A DNA stretch of 64,000 nt. Source: Elusimicrobiota bacterium. Its GTDB lineage: Bacteria > CG03 > SLGR01 > PWQF01. The stretch covers positions 13,789 to 77,788 of the forward strand of contig PWOI01000179.1 in assembly GCA_003557485.1 (NCBI GenBank), in the 5' to 3' direction. The notes under the pieces are model-generated. The model made no database searches, was not told where the DNA came from, and worked only from the letters and a program-made list of their open reading frames with translations. Shown one piece after another: positions 53,585-63,584 of this stretch. The position numbers and the translations under genes were made by a program. Each line of letters opens with the position of its first letter. The first letter of the stretch is position 1.

Positions 53585-54843
53585 CATTAACTGAACTGCA
53601 GAAAAAGAAGGTTTCGGAGCTGAAAAATATGGCAAAGAAACTTAAGGTTGAAAATTATAACGGTCTTAATAAAAAAGCATTAGCCGTAAGTGTTCTCAAG
53701 GCAGAAAATGAGAAAGATAAAGAAAATATCTACAAAGAAGGAGTCCTTGAAATACTTCCTGACGGTTTCGGATTTTTACGGTCGGCAGCCAATAACTATA
53801 TAAGCTGCAACGACGATATATATATCTCTCCCTCGCAGATTAAAAAGTTTCTGCTTAGAAAAGGAGATACGGTTTACGGTACCGTGAGGCCTCCAAAAAA
53901 CAGTGAGAGTTATTATGCGCTGCTTAAGGTTCTTTCGGTCAATGGCGAGGATCCGTCTATTATAAGAAGCCGGGAAAAATTTGAAAATCTTATGCCCCTG
54001 TATGCCCAGGAACGCATTGAACTGGAAACTGAACAGCATGAAGTGGAAATGAGGATAATGAATCTTCTTACGCCTATAGGAAAAGGTCAGAGAGGGCTTA
54101 TAGTTTCTCCTCCCCGTGCGGGGAAGACCATTATACTTCAAAAACTGGCAAACGCTATGACTAACAATCATCCGGAGATAAAACTTATAGTACTTCTGGT
54201 AGGGGAGCGTCCGGAGGAAGTCACCGATATGATGCGCTCGGTTAAGGGAGACGTTATAAGCTCTACCTTTGACGAGGCTGCCAAACGTCATATACAGGTA
54301 AGTGAAATGGCTATTGAAAAGGCTAAAAGATTGGTGGAGCACGGACATGATGTGGTTATACTGCTGGACTCTATTACACGTCTTGCTCGTGCATATAACA
54401 CGATAGCGCCTTCATCGGGAAGAGTTCTTACCGGGGGCGTGGATTCCCAGGCACTTCAGAAACCTAAGAAGTTTTTCGGTACTGCGAGAAATATCGAGGG
54501 CGGCGGAAGCCTTACAATTTTGGCAACAGCCTTGATCGAGACCGGTAGCCGCATGGATGACGTGATATTTGAGGAATTCAAAGGAACTGGAAATATGGAA
54601 GTCAACCTTGACAGAAGACTTGTCGATAAACGCGTATTTCCGGCTATTGATATTTTCCGTTCAGGTACCAGAAAAGAAGAACTTCTTCTTACTGAAGATG
54701 AGATAAACAAGGTCTGGATACTCCGTAAAATTCTTAACCCCCTTGGTATGGTTGAGGCAATGGAACTTGTAGTTGAAAAGATGAGAAATACAAAATCCAA
54801 CAAGGAATTCCTTAAGTCAATGGAGGTTGAAGGGGTAGGTTGA
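53581..54843 (+). CDS. rho: Transcription termination factor Rho
   Basis: N-terminal domain, CSD-like RNA-binding domain ([14 protein letters not shown]), RecA-like ATPase with Walker A (PPRAGKT). Confidence 0.9.
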   Translation: MTLTELQKKKVSELKNMAKKLKVENYNGLNKKALAVSVLKAENEKDKENIYKEGVLEILPDGFGFLRSAANNYISCNDDIYISPSQIKKFLLRKGDTVYGTVRPPKNSESYYALLKVLSVNGEDPSIIRSREKFENLMPLYAQERIELETEQHEVEMRIMNLLTPIGKGQRGLIVSPPRAGKTIILQKLANAMTNNHPEIKLIVLLVGERPEEVTDMMRSVKGDVISSTFDEAAKRHIQVSEMAIEKAKRLVEHGHDVVILLDSITRLARAYNTIAPSSGRVLTGGVDSQALQKPKKFFGTARNIEGGGSLTILATALIETGSRMDDVIFEEFKGTGNMEVNLDRRLVDKRVFPAIDIFRSGTRKEELLLTEDEINKVWILRKILNPLGMVEAMELVVEKMRNTKSNKEFLKSMEVEGVG

Positions 54844-54878
54844 CACTAAGCTGAAGTTTTAGATAAAATAAATATACC

Positions 54879-56420
54879 ATGGAATACTTAAAAAGACTGT
54901 CGGCCCTTATTGTCCTTGTTCTTTTAAGTGCAGGGATATATTTTATATATTGGTCCTCCAGTGTACACAGAATTGAAATAGTATTTACCACAGACGGCCA
55001 CGGCCATATACTGCCTTCAAGAGTTCACAGTGAAGAAGGAAGCCCTTTAATGGGCGGGCTTTCCGCTTTGGGCGGCTTTCTTAAAACAGTTCAGGAGCCG
55101 TACCTTCTTACCGATTCCGGAGACATTTATCAGGGAACTCCGGAAGGTTTCAGAACCAGGGGGACTATAGTGGTTGAGCTTATGAACATGCTTGGTTATG
55201 ATGCGCTTGCCGTTGGAAACCATGAATTCGATCACGGTCTTGATAACCTAAGAAATCTTTCATCAATGGCGGACTTCCCTTTTCTGGGAGCAAATATAAT
55301 TGACCTGGAAACGGGCACCAGTCCGGATTTCATATCTCCGGGTTTTCTTACAAAGATAAAAGATGTTAATGCCGGCATCGCAGGAGTCATAACCGAAGAT
55401 ATGGAGAATCTTGTTTTTCCCGGACATATAAAAGGGCTTGAGTTTATATCCGCCCGACAGGCCCTGCAAACTGAGATAGAGCGTCTCAAGGAAGAAGGAG
55501 CGCAGATAATAGTAGTATTGAGCCATATGGGACTTGATGACGATATAGAGCTTGCCCGTGGTTTAGATTCAATAGATGTAATTCTGGGGGGTCACACGCA
55601 TCTTATTCTTGAAAAACCGCATCTGGCAGGAAGGACTATTATAACGCAGGCCGGAAGCAATTTTACGCATGCAGGCCGTCTTACTCTTTATTACAGCGCT
55701 ACAGCCGGAAGAATACTCTCTTTTTCTCATGCAATTGTGCCGCTTTATGCTGATAAGTACGGTGGGTACGAGTCGGTGGAAAGAATAATTGAAGCGCGCC
55801 TGGACGATGTTGTATCGGAGATGTCGCGCGTTATCGGAAAATCAAATGTTAGGATGTCCCGCAGCCTTACAGGTGAAGTAGCGAAACACGGAGAGCTTTC
55901 AATAGGTAATTTTCAGACCGATATTATGCGCGCACTTACCGGGGCGGATTTTGCATTCCAGAACACAGGGGGAATCCGCGGAGAAATTCCGGAAGGTGAT
56001 ATTACTGTCAGGGATATATGGAACCTTTCTCCTTTCGGCAACAGTATAGTAACAATGCATCTCAACGGAAAACAGTTAAAAGAACTGCTTGAATTGAGCG
56101 TTTCTCACAGATATTCAAAACTTCAGATGTCCGGACTAAGAATTATTTACAACAGTTCGCTTCCCCCGGGTAGGAGGGTTCTTAATGTTTTCGTTATAAC
56201 CGATGAGGGAGAGGAGCCGTTGGACCTGAAGGAAAAGTATAAAGTTGCAACCAATTCTTTTCTTGCACAGGGAGGCGATGGTTACAGGACTTTCAGGGAA
56301 GGAGAGGATGTGAGGGATACATCTATTCTTTTAAGGGAAGCTCAGATAGAATATATTGAAGAAAAATCACCTGTAACGGCCCGCCGAACCGGAAGAATGG
56401 TAAATGTTAGTATTGAATAA
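54879..56420 (+). CDS. Membrane-anchored 5'-nucleotidase / UshA-family metallophosphoesterase
   Basis: N-terminal TM. Calcineurin-like motifs (DGHGH, GNHEFD, GGHTH). C-terminal 5'-nucleotidase domain. Confidence 0.75.
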   Translation: MEYLKRLSALIVLVLLSAGIYFIYWSSSVHRIEIVFTTDGHGHILPSRVHSEEGSPLMGGLSALGGFLKTVQEPYLLTDSGDIYQGTPEGFRTRGTIVVELMNMLGYDALAVGNHEFDHGLDNLRNLSSMADFPFLGANIIDLETGTSPDFISPGFLTKIKDVNAGIAGVITEDMENLVFPGHIKGLEFISARQALQTEIERLKEEGAQIIVVLSHMGLDDDIELARGLDSIDVILGGHTHLILEKPHLAGRTIITQAGSNFTHAGRLTLYYSATAGRILSFSHAIVPLYADKYGGYESVERIIEARLDDVVSEMSRVIGKSNVRMSRSLTGEVAKHGELSIGNFQTDIMRALTGADFAFQNTGGIRGEIPEGDITVRDIWNLSPFGNSIVTMHLNGKQLKELLELSVSHRYSKLQMSGLRIIYNSSLPPGRRVLNVFVITDEGEEPLDLKEKYKVATNSFLAQGGDGYRTFREGEDVRDTSILLREAQIEYIEEKSPVTARRTGRMVNVSIE

Positions 56421-56460
56421 AAGGACGTTTTAATATAACTGATTTTGTAGGAGGAAATTT

Positions 56461-57558
56461 TTGTCATACTTAAGTAAATGCCTGATTGCATCCGCAGCGG
56501 TACTTCTAATATTCGCATATATATATGTATATATTAAAAAACAGAAAAGAACAGCAGAAAAGTGTAAAACCGCGGTCAACGATTTAAAACTGGTGCAGGA
56601 GCTTGGAAAGGAAATATCTTCAAAGCTTCAAATGTCGGAACTTCTCCCTGCCATAATGGATGCTTTTGTAAAAGCGGGTGATGTAAGTAAGGGTTCGCTT
56701 ATGCTTTATGACAGGGAAAGAGATATTCTGGAAATACATTCTTCCGTTGGATTGAGCGACAGGGCCCGTAAATATATTAAACTTAAGATAGGGGAAGGTA
56801 TTGCCGGCCGTGTAGCAGAAACGGGTAAGCCCATACTTGTGAATGATACAACCGGCGCCCGTATGTACAAGGATTTCTTTTCTGAAGACTCCAGAGGACG
56901 GCCTCAGGAAACCATTCTCAGTATGCCTCTTATATTCAAGGGCGAAGTGCTGGGAGTCATTACTCTTGATGCTAAAAAAAGCGGAGGACAGTTTATAAGA
57001 AATGATGAGAGACTTCTTTCCATACTTGCCTTACAGGCCGCTGTTTCCATTAATAATGCCAGAATGTACGAGATGGCTATTACCGACGATTTGACAAAAC
57101 TTTACAGTAAGAGGCATTTTATTATCCGGCTTCAGGAAGAAGTTGAAAAGGCCAGAAGGTACGACAGACCTCTTTCTCTTCTTTTTGTGGATATAGATCA
57201 TTTTAAAGAATTTAATGATACCTATGGCCACCAGCTGGGTGACAGAGCGCTTCAGCATCTGGGCGGAGTTATAAAAAAAACAACAAGAGCCGCAGATATA
57301 TCCGGAAGATACGGCGGTGAAGAGTTTGTGATAATTCTTCCTGAAACCGCCAGAGAAAGTGCATTGATTCTTGCCGAGCGCCTCCGTAAAAACATTGAAA
57401 AACAGTCATTTGTATCAAGAGGCAATGAATACAGGATAACCGTAAGCATAGGAATAGGAGAATACAAGGCAAAGATGACTTCCCCGTCCCAACTCATAAG
57501 CGAGGCCGACAAAAATCTCTATAAAGCAAAACAGAAGGGACGAAACAGGGTAGTTTAA
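56461..57558 (+). CDS. Membrane-anchored GAF-GGDEF diguanylate cyclase
   Basis: N-terminal TM. GAF-like region. GGDEF domain with an intact GGEEF motif (RYGGEEFVIILPE). TTG start. Confidence 0.8.
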   Translation: MSYLSKCLIASAAVLLIFAYIYVYIKKQKRTAEKCKTAVNDLKLVQELGKEISSKLQMSELLPAIMDAFVKAGDVSKGSLMLYDRERDILEIHSSVGLSDRARKYIKLKIGEGIAGRVAETGKPILVNDTTGARMYKDFFSEDSRGRPQETILSMPLIFKGEVLGVITLDAKKSGGQFIRNDERLLSILALQAAVSINNARMYEMAITDDLTKLYSKRHFIIRLQEEVEKARRYDRPLSLLFVDIDHFKEFNDTYGHQLGDRALQHLGGVIKKTTRAADISGRYGGEEFVIILPETARESALILAERLRKNIEKQSFVSRGNEYRITVSIGIGEYKAKMTSPSQLISEADKNLYKAKQKGRNRVV

Positions 57559-57598
57559 CGAAAGACCTTTTCGCTCTTCTTCATACCGCCTGCCAACC

Positions 57599-57627
57599 TT
57601 GACTGTAAGTTAAAATATTACTATATT
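57599..57627 (+). promoter_or_regulatory. sigma70-like promoter TTGACT-17-TATATT upstream of the tpiA/BMC operon
   Basis: TTGACT at 57599-57604. 17-nt spacer. TATATT at 57622-57627. SD AAAGGAGAGG before the ATG at 57719. Confidence 0.45.
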
Positions 57628-57718
57628 AAACTTGAATTGAGGCCGTTTTGTTGACAGTATGACATCACCCGGTCTCTTTAAGCTGCTATAAAGGAGAATT
57701 GAAGAAAGGAGAGGTTAT

Positions 57719-58468
57719 ATGCGCAGACCTTTTATTGCCGGGAATTGGAAGATGTACAAAACAAACAGCGAGGCTGAGGAAACCATTCGGTACCTTAAAG
57801 ATAAACTCAAAGAAATAGAAAATGTAGATATAATGATTGCCCCCCCCTATACGGCTTTAACTATTGCTGCCGGAATAACAGCCGGAAGCAATATCTATCT
57901 TGGAGCACAGAATGTTCACTATGAAAATGAAGGCGCCTATACCGGAGAAATTTCTCCGCCGATGCTTGTTTCAGCCGGATGTCGATATGTAATTATAGGT
58001 CACTCCGAAAGAAGGCAGTATTTCGGATGTACCGACAAGGATGTGAACTTAAGGCTTAAATCAGCGGTCAGGTCAGGGCTTAAAACTGTGGTTTGTATAG
58101 GTGAGAAACTTGAGGAAAGGGAATCCGGAAAGACATTTGATATTCTTTCATCCCAGCTTTCCGAAAGTTTGAAAAACCTAAGTGAAGAAGAAAAAAATAT
58201 GCTTATTGTTGCCTATGAGCCTGTATGGGCAATAGGGACGGGTAAGACAGCAACTCCGGATATAGCGGAAGAAGCTCATAAATACATAAGGGGAAAAATT
58301 GCTGATATGTACGGTAGGGATTTTGCTTCCGGAGTCAGGATTCTATATGGAGGAAGTGTAAAACCTGATAACATAAGAGACCTTATGGCTCAGGACAATA
58401 TAGATGGGGCCCTGGTCGGCGGTGCCAGCCTTGATGCGGAATCTTTTTCAAAAATAGTGAATTTCTGA
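57719..58468 (+). CDS. tpiA: Triosephosphate isomerase
   Basis: IAGNWKMYKT. Catalytic H (IIGHSERR) and E (AYEPVWAIGTG). YGGSV. Confidence 0.9.
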   Translation: MRRPFIAGNWKMYKTNSEAEETIRYLKDKLKEIENVDIMIAPPYTALTIAAGITAGSNIYLGAQNVHYENEGAYTGEISPPMLVSAGCRYVIIGHSERRQYFGCTDKDVNLRLKSAVRSGLKTVVCIGEKLEERESGKTFDILSSQLSESLKNLSEEEKNMLIVAYEPVWAIGTGKTATPDIAEEAHKYIRGKIADMYGRDFASGVRILYGGSVKPDNIRDLMAQDNIDGALVGGASLDAESFSKIVNF

Positions 58469-58474
58469 GAAAAT

Positions 58475-59092
58475 ATGGATGAAGCAGTTATAACAGGGGA
58501 AGTTTTACTACGGCTGCAGCGATCGGAGAGGAGTATTGTCTGCAATGTTTCAAACCGCCACGCACATCTTACACAGGAACACATTGAAAAACTTTTTGGT
58601 CCGGGATACAGATTATCCAGGCTGAGAGACCTTGTACAGCCGGGGGAATACGCGGCTGAAGAAACATTGACTCTGAAAGGACCTAAAGGAAAAATTGAAA
58701 AGGTACGCATACTTGGGCCTCCGAGAGAATTCTCACAGCTGGAAATTTCCAGAACCGATACGTATACAAGCGGGATAAAAGCTCCGCTGAGGATTTCCGG
58801 AGATATCCAGGGGTCATCCGGAGGCTGGCTTATAGGCCCTCACGGGTCAGTTCAACTCACACAGGGTATAATAGTAGCCAGGCGTCATATACATATGACC
58901 CCCCGGGATGCCGATTTTTTTAAAGTAAAAGACAGACAGTATGTGCGGGTGAGGACCAGTCCCCCCAGATCGGTTGTTTTTGAGGATGTTCTTGTACGGG
59001 TCAGCCCTGACTACAGGCTTGAGTTCCACGTAGATACGGATGAAGCAAATGCCTGCGATTTGAAAAGCCCGGCAGAAGTATTTTTATCCTGA
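58475..59092 (+). CDS. pduL: PduL-type phosphotransacylase (phosphate acetyl/propanoyl-transferase)
   Basis: Two PduL-repeat signatures: NVSNRHAHLTQEH and ARRHIHMTPRDA. Confidence 0.75.
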   Translation: MDEAVITGEVLLRLQRSERSIVCNVSNRHAHLTQEHIEKLFGPGYRLSRLRDLVQPGEYAAEETLTLKGPKGKIEKVRILGPPREFSQLEISRTDTYTSGIKAPLRISGDIQGSSGGWLIGPHGSVQLTQGIIVARRHIHMTPRDADFFKVKDRQYVRVRTSPPRSVVFEDVLVRVSPDYRLEFHVDTDEANACDLKSPAEVFLS

Positions 59093-59113
59093 AAAAGGAA
59101 GGAGTAACTTATT

Positions 59114-59416
59114 ATGCAGAATCAGGCTCTTGGAATGATAGAGACAAGGGGTCTTGTCGGCATGATAGAAGCTGCGGATGCTATGGTAAAAGCGGCTGAT
59201 GTCAGGATGGCCGGCTACGAGAAGATAGGACACGGATACGTTACGGTTATGGTAAGGGGTGAAGTAGCCGCCTGCCGTGCAGCCTGTGAGGCAGGTAGCG
59301 CAGCTGCGCAGCGGGTAGGCGAACTTGTGTCTGTACATGTAATCCCCAATCCGCATAAGGACCTTGAGGGCAAACTTCCGATATCTCAGGAATTTTTCAA
59401 AAAAGCCCCCAAATAA
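59114..59416 (+). CDS. BMC-H hexameric microcompartment shell protein (PduA/EutM/CcmK-like)
   Basis: [26 protein letters not shown]...[17 protein letters not shown]...VHVIPNPH. Confidence 0.9.
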   Translation: MQNQALGMIETRGLVGMIEAADAMVKAADVRMAGYEKIGHGYVTVMVRGEVAACRAACEAGSAAAQRVGELVSVHVIPNPHKDLEGKLPISQEFFKKAPK

Positions 59417-59477
59417 AAACCGGTCAGGAATGCCGGCTGAGATATAATGCCTGCAGGCATAAAGGGAGAGAAATAAA

Positions 59478-59777
59478 ATGAAGTTTGGAATAATAACCGG
59501 AAATGTCGTATGCACCAGGAAAGACGAGAAGATAGAAGGCAGAAAACTTCTGTTAGTCCAGCCTGTTGATGATAATATGAAGGAAGACGGAACAACTCTG
59601 GTTGGAATTGACACGGTCGGTGCAGGAGAAGGAGAACTTATCCTTTTTGTTACCGGCTCCTCTTCGAGACTCACAGAGATAACACAGGACCGTCCTGTTG
59701 ACTGTACGATAATGGGAATAGTCGATTATATAGAAAAAGGCGGGAAAGTAATATTTGACAAAAGTAAATCTGAATAA
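59478..59777 (+). CDS. BMC-P pentameric vertex protein (EutN/PduN/CcmL family)
   Basis: MKFGIITGNVVCTRKDEK...LLLVQPV...LVGIDTVGAG...TGSSSR. Confidence 0.85.
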   Translation: MKFGIITGNVVCTRKDEKIEGRKLLLVQPVDDNMKEDGTTLVGIDTVGAGEGELILFVTGSSSRLTEITQDRPVDCTIMGIVDYIEKGGKVIFDKSKSE

Positions 59778-59817
59778 ATTGTCCCCCTTTTTTTGAATCT
59801 TTGAGGAGGCAGACCCT

Positions 59818-61248
59818 ATGGATATCAACAGAGATGAAATAGCCTCGGTGGTCAGGGAAGTAATTGCTCGTCTTGAAAAAGAAAAAATTTCTTCTTCAGG
59901 TCCGGAAGAAGTTTCTTCGGGGGGGGGTGTCCTCTATGATTCTATGGAAGATGCTGTAAGTGCTGCTAAAAGGGCACAGAAAAAATTTTTATCAATAAGT
60001 CTGGCTTCAAGACAGAATATAATAGAATCAATACGGAAAGCCGCAAGGTCTGAAGCCGGAAACCTGGCGCGCAATGCCGAAAAAGAAACCGGTATGGGAA
60101 GGTGGGAGGATAAGGTAAAAAAGAATCTGCTCGCCGCTGACAAAACACCGGGAATAGAAGACCTTCAGCCCGTTGCCTATACGGGTGACCGAGGGCTTAC
60201 CCTTATTGAAAATGCGCCTTTCGGAGTTATAGGTTCGGTAACTCCCTCAACAAATCCGACTTCAACTATTATCAACAATGCCATCAGTATAATTGCGGCC
60301 GGCAATGCCGCCGTCTTTGCTCCGCATCCCGCTGCAATGAAATGCTCACAGCAATGTATGCAAATTCTTTCAGATGCAGCAGTTGCAGCAGGTGCTCCGG
60401 AAGGGCTTATAACCGCAATGCGTAAACCCTCGCTGGAGGGAGCAGAAGTCCTTTTTACACATCCTGACATACGGCTTCTTATTGTAACCGGCGGGCCGGC
60501 TGTTGTTGAAAAAGCAATGAAAACTGATAAAAAAGTTATAGCGGCCGGACCGGGAAATCCTCCGGTTGTAGTTGACGAAACTGCGGATCCCGTAAAAACT
60601 GTTGACTCTATAATAAACGGTGCCGGTTTTGATAACGGAATATTATGTACGGCGGAAAAAGAGGTTCTTTTAGCCGGCGGTTGTCATGATTCAATTCTTA
60701 AGCAGATGCGTTCCGACGTCAGGGCTTTTGAACTGACGGAATCCCAGATGGAAAAACTTGCCTCCATCGCAATAGAAAAAAGCGGCCGTGGGGGGGGGCA
60801 TCCTATTGTCAATAGGGATTTTATCGGAAAAGACGCTTCTGTCATTGGAAAAGCGCTTGGCCTTGATGTAGGAAGTCAGGTCCGGCTTCTATGGGCGCTT
60901 GTGGATGAGAATAATGATTTCATGTGGACTGAACAGCTTATGCCGGTGCTCCCATTTGCTATATCCGGAGATATAAAAAGAACTATTGATCTGGCGGTGG
61001 AGATGGAAGGTGGGAATGGGCATACCGCTATAATGCACTCTCTTAATGTAGAATCTCTTACGGAAATGGCAAGAAAGTCGGCCTGTTCTATATTTGTTAA
61101 AAACGGGCCTTCTTATATGGGTCTTGGTATGGGGGAAGGTTATGCGACTCTCTCAATTGCCACTCCTACCGGGGACGGGCTTGTAAAAGCCCGGAATTTT
61201 ACACGGCCGCTAAGGTGTTCCCTGGTTGATTACTTCAGGATTACTTAA
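59818..61248 (+). CDS. CoA-acylating aldehyde dehydrogenase (PduP/EutE-like) with N-terminal encapsulation-peptide-like helix
   Basis: ALDH superfamily. Catalytic Cys in NGILCTAEKEV. N-terminal amphipathic helix EIASVVREVIARLEKE followed by a Ser/Gly linker. Confidence 0.8.
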   Translation: MDINRDEIASVVREVIARLEKEKISSSGPEEVSSGGGVLYDSMEDAVSAAKRAQKKFLSISLASRQNIIESIRKAARSEAGNLARNAEKETGMGRWEDKVKKNLLAADKTPGIEDLQPVAYTGDRGLTLIENAPFGVIGSVTPSTNPTSTIINNAISIIAAGNAAVFAPHPAAMKCSQQCMQILSDAAVAAGAPEGLITAMRKPSLEGAEVLFTHPDIRLLIVTGGPAVVEKAMKTDKKVIAAGPGNPPVVVDETADPVKTVDSIINGAGFDNGILCTAEKEVLLAGGCHDSILKQMRSDVRAFELTESQMEKLASIAIEKSGRGGGHPIVNRDFIGKDASVIGKALGLDVGSQVRLLWALVDENNDFMWTEQLMPVLPFAISGDIKRTIDLAVEMEGGNGHTAIMHSLNVESLTEMARKSACSIFVKNGPSYMGLGMGEGYATLSIATPTGDGLVKARNFTRPLRCSLVDYFRIT

Positions 61249-61253
61249 AACGC

Positions 61254-62579
61254 ATGCAGAAAAGTAAAATCATAGAGAAAGTCCGTAATGCCGGGATAGT
61301 CGGCGCAGGCGGCGGCGGATTTCCGACTCATGTAAAGATAGATGCAGAAGTTGAAACCCTGATAGCTAACGGAGCCGAATGTGAACCGCTTCTCTCCACA
61401 GACAGGTATCTTATGGAAAATTATGCCGGGGATATAATAGATGGTCTGAGGTATGTAAAACAGGCGCTTGGTGCCCGGGATATTTATATAGGACTAAAAA
61501 GAAAATATGAAAAAGCTGTAAAAGTATTTAAGACAATCCTGGGTGAAACTTCTGATATAAAGCTGGCCCTGATGGATAACTATTACCCTGCAGGAGATGA
61601 GTTCGACCTTGTATATAATATTACCGGACGGATAATACCGGAGGGAGGGCTTCCTCTTGATGAAGGATGCGTGGTTATCAATGTAAATACTCTTTTGAAT
61701 ATAAAGCGGGCGGTTGACGGATCCGCCCCGGTAACCGATAGGTGGGTGACCGTGACCGGGGAAGTGGAATCGCCATACATCGCTCCTGTTCCGGTAGGCA
61801 TATCAGCTGCAGAGCTGATTAAAAAAGCAGGGGTTAAAATAAAAGATTACCGCCTGCTTGCAGGAGGCCCTATGATGGGAGTTCCGGTTGAGGACAATTA
61901 CCGGATAAAAAAAACCTGCAGCGGGATAATAGTATTGCCTGAAAAACACGGGGCTTTTGTAAAACAGGACATGACTCTGCAGGCACATAAAAAAAGAGGA
62001 AAATCAATATGTGATCAATGTTTTGACTGCACGATATTGTGCCCTCGTAATCTGCTGGGTCATTCGCTTGAACCTCACAGGATAATGCGAAATCTTTTCA
62101 TATCTGCGGAAAATTTTTCAGAGTATACACCGTCTTTTCTTTGTTCGCAATGCGGTTTATGTAATATGTTTGCCTGCCCTCTGGACCTGTCTCCCAGGAG
62201 TCTTCTCAAGGAAACCAGCGATACACTTTCACGCAGAGGCGTTGAAAATCCGCATAAAGAGCGGAATCTTAAGCCCCACCCGGAAAGAGAATACAGAAAA
62301 GTGAACTCTTCCCGTCTTGCAGCCAGAATAGGGGTTGATAAATATGAGAAGGAAGAGTTACCTGTTAAAGAGATCAAAACAGCAAAGGTGCACATAAGCA
62401 TGAGTCAGCATGCGGGTACGCCTGCTGTTGCGGTTGTCAAAAAAGGGGATACGGTGAAACGCGGCCAGTTAATAGGAGAGATACCCCGCGGAAAGCTAGG
62501 GTCCAGGGTTCATTCAAGCATTTCCGGAACAGTTAAAGAAATAACTTCCGGCTATATAGCAATAGAAAAAGGGGAGTAA
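61254..62579 (+). CDS. PduS/RnfC-like flavoprotein with two 4Fe-4S cluster motifs
   Basis: GAGGGGFPTHVK nucleotide-binding motif. CDQCFDCTILCP and CSQCGLCNMFACP ferredoxin motifs. C-terminal barrel-sandwich-like domain. Confidence 0.65.
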   Translation: MQKSKIIEKVRNAGIVGAGGGGFPTHVKIDAEVETLIANGAECEPLLSTDRYLMENYAGDIIDGLRYVKQALGARDIYIGLKRKYEKAVKVFKTILGETSDIKLALMDNYYPAGDEFDLVYNITGRIIPEGGLPLDEGCVVINVNTLLNIKRAVDGSAPVTDRWVTVTGEVESPYIAPVPVGISAAELIKKAGVKIKDYRLLAGGPMMGVPVEDNYRIKKTCSGIIVLPEKHGAFVKQDMTLQAHKKRGKSICDQCFDCTILCPRNLLGHSLEPHRIMRNLFISAENFSEYTPSFLCSQCGLCNMFACPLDLSPRSLLKETSDTLSRRGVENPHKERNLKPHPEREYRKVNSSRLAARIGVDKYEKEELPVKEIKTAKVHISMSQHAGTPAVAVVKKGDTVKRGQLIGEIPRGKLGSRVHSSISGTVKEITSGYIAIEKGE

Positions 62580-62583
62580 GAAA

Positions 62584-63132
62584 ATGCAGCATGCAATAGG
62601 ACTGATAGAGTTAAACAGCATAGCGAAAGGATTTGAGGTAACGGATATTCTTTTAAAGACTGCTTCAAGCCAGCTCGTAGAGGCCCATTCCGTATGTCCG
62701 GGTAAGTTTATAGTGCTGATAACAGGTACAACAGCAGATATTGAATCTTCAATGAAAAGCGGTATTGAACTGGCGGCGGAGTCACTGGTGGATAAAGTGG
62801 TTATTAACAATATAGACCCGCAGCTTGTACCTGCTATAAGAGGCGCCTCGGATGTTGAACGGCTTGATGCTCTGGGTATAATAGAAACTTTTTCTGCCGC
62901 TTCAAGCATTATTGCCGCTGACGCAGCGGTAAAAGCAGCCGATGTTAAACTTATTGACGTAAGGCTTGCCAATGCTCTGGGCGGAAAGGCATACCTTACC
63001 CTGACGGGCCAGATAGGGGCAGTAAGGTCGTCGGTAGCTGCCGGCTGCAATGCCTTAAAGGGGGAAGGAATACTTATCCGTCGGGTTGTTATACCGCAGC
63101 CGCATAAGGATTTACGCAGGAGCGTTTTATAA
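62584..63132 (+). CDS. BMC-T tandem-domain shell protein (PduT-like) with pore-proximal Cys
   Basis: Two BMC domains (AIGLIELNSIAKGFEVTD... and ALGIIETFSAASSIIAADAAVKAADVKL...). Cys in HSVCPGKF. Confidence 0.8.
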   Translation: MQHAIGLIELNSIAKGFEVTDILLKTASSQLVEAHSVCPGKFIVLITGTTADIESSMKSGIELAAESLVDKVVINNIDPQLVPAIRGASDVERLDALGIIETFSAASSIIAADAAVKAADVKLIDVRLANALGGKAYLTLTGQIGAVRSSVAAGCNALKGEGILIRRVVIPQPHKDLRRSVL

Positions 63133-63584
63133 TGGACGATATAGTTATAGGTTCTGATCATGGTGGTTTTGAGCTGAAGGAAAAAATTAAAAAATTTCTG
63201 CAGGAAGCCGATTATAATGTGATGGATTTCGGAACTTATTCTGAAGATTCCTGTGATTATCCCGATTATGCCTTAATTGTGGCAGAAGCAGTCGCTTCAG
63301 GGGAGTATAAAAGGGGGATCCTTATTGACGGGACGGGCGGAGGCATGTGCCTTGCTTGCAATAAAATAAAAGGGATAAGGGCTGTAACCGCATACAATGC
63401 GCTTACAGGCGCTTATGCTGCAGAACATGATAATGCAAATATACTCTGTCTTGGAGGTAAGATGACAGGGGAGCTTGCCGCATCGGATATAGTTAAAAAA
63501 TGGCTCGAGACTCCTTTCGGAGGCGGCCGCCACGAAAGGCGTCTGAATAAAATAGAAAGTATTGAGGAAAAATATTTCAAATGA
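63132..63584 (+). CDS. rpiB: Ribose-5-phosphate isomerase B (RpiB/LacAB family)
   Basis: IVIGSDHGGFELKEKI...GILIDGTGGGMCLACNK...ILCLGG. Confidence 0.85.
   Translation: MDDIVIGSDHGGFELKEKIKKFLQEADYNVMDFGTYSEDSCDYPDYALIVAEAVASGEYKRGILIDGTGGGMCLACNKIKGIRAVTAYNALTGAYAAEHDNANILCLGGKMTGELAASDIVKKWLETPFGGGRHERRLNKIESIEEKYFK

Noticed and set aside
52829-53635. 268-aa minus-strand ORF overlapping the polA end and coaE
   Set aside because: It is entirely antisense to two conserved housekeeping genes. It has Phe/Ser-rich composition and no homology signal.
62514-63161. 215-aa minus-strand ORF antisense to BMC-T
   Set aside because: It is a shadow ORF. The + strand BMC-T has unmistakable tandem BMC-domain motifs.
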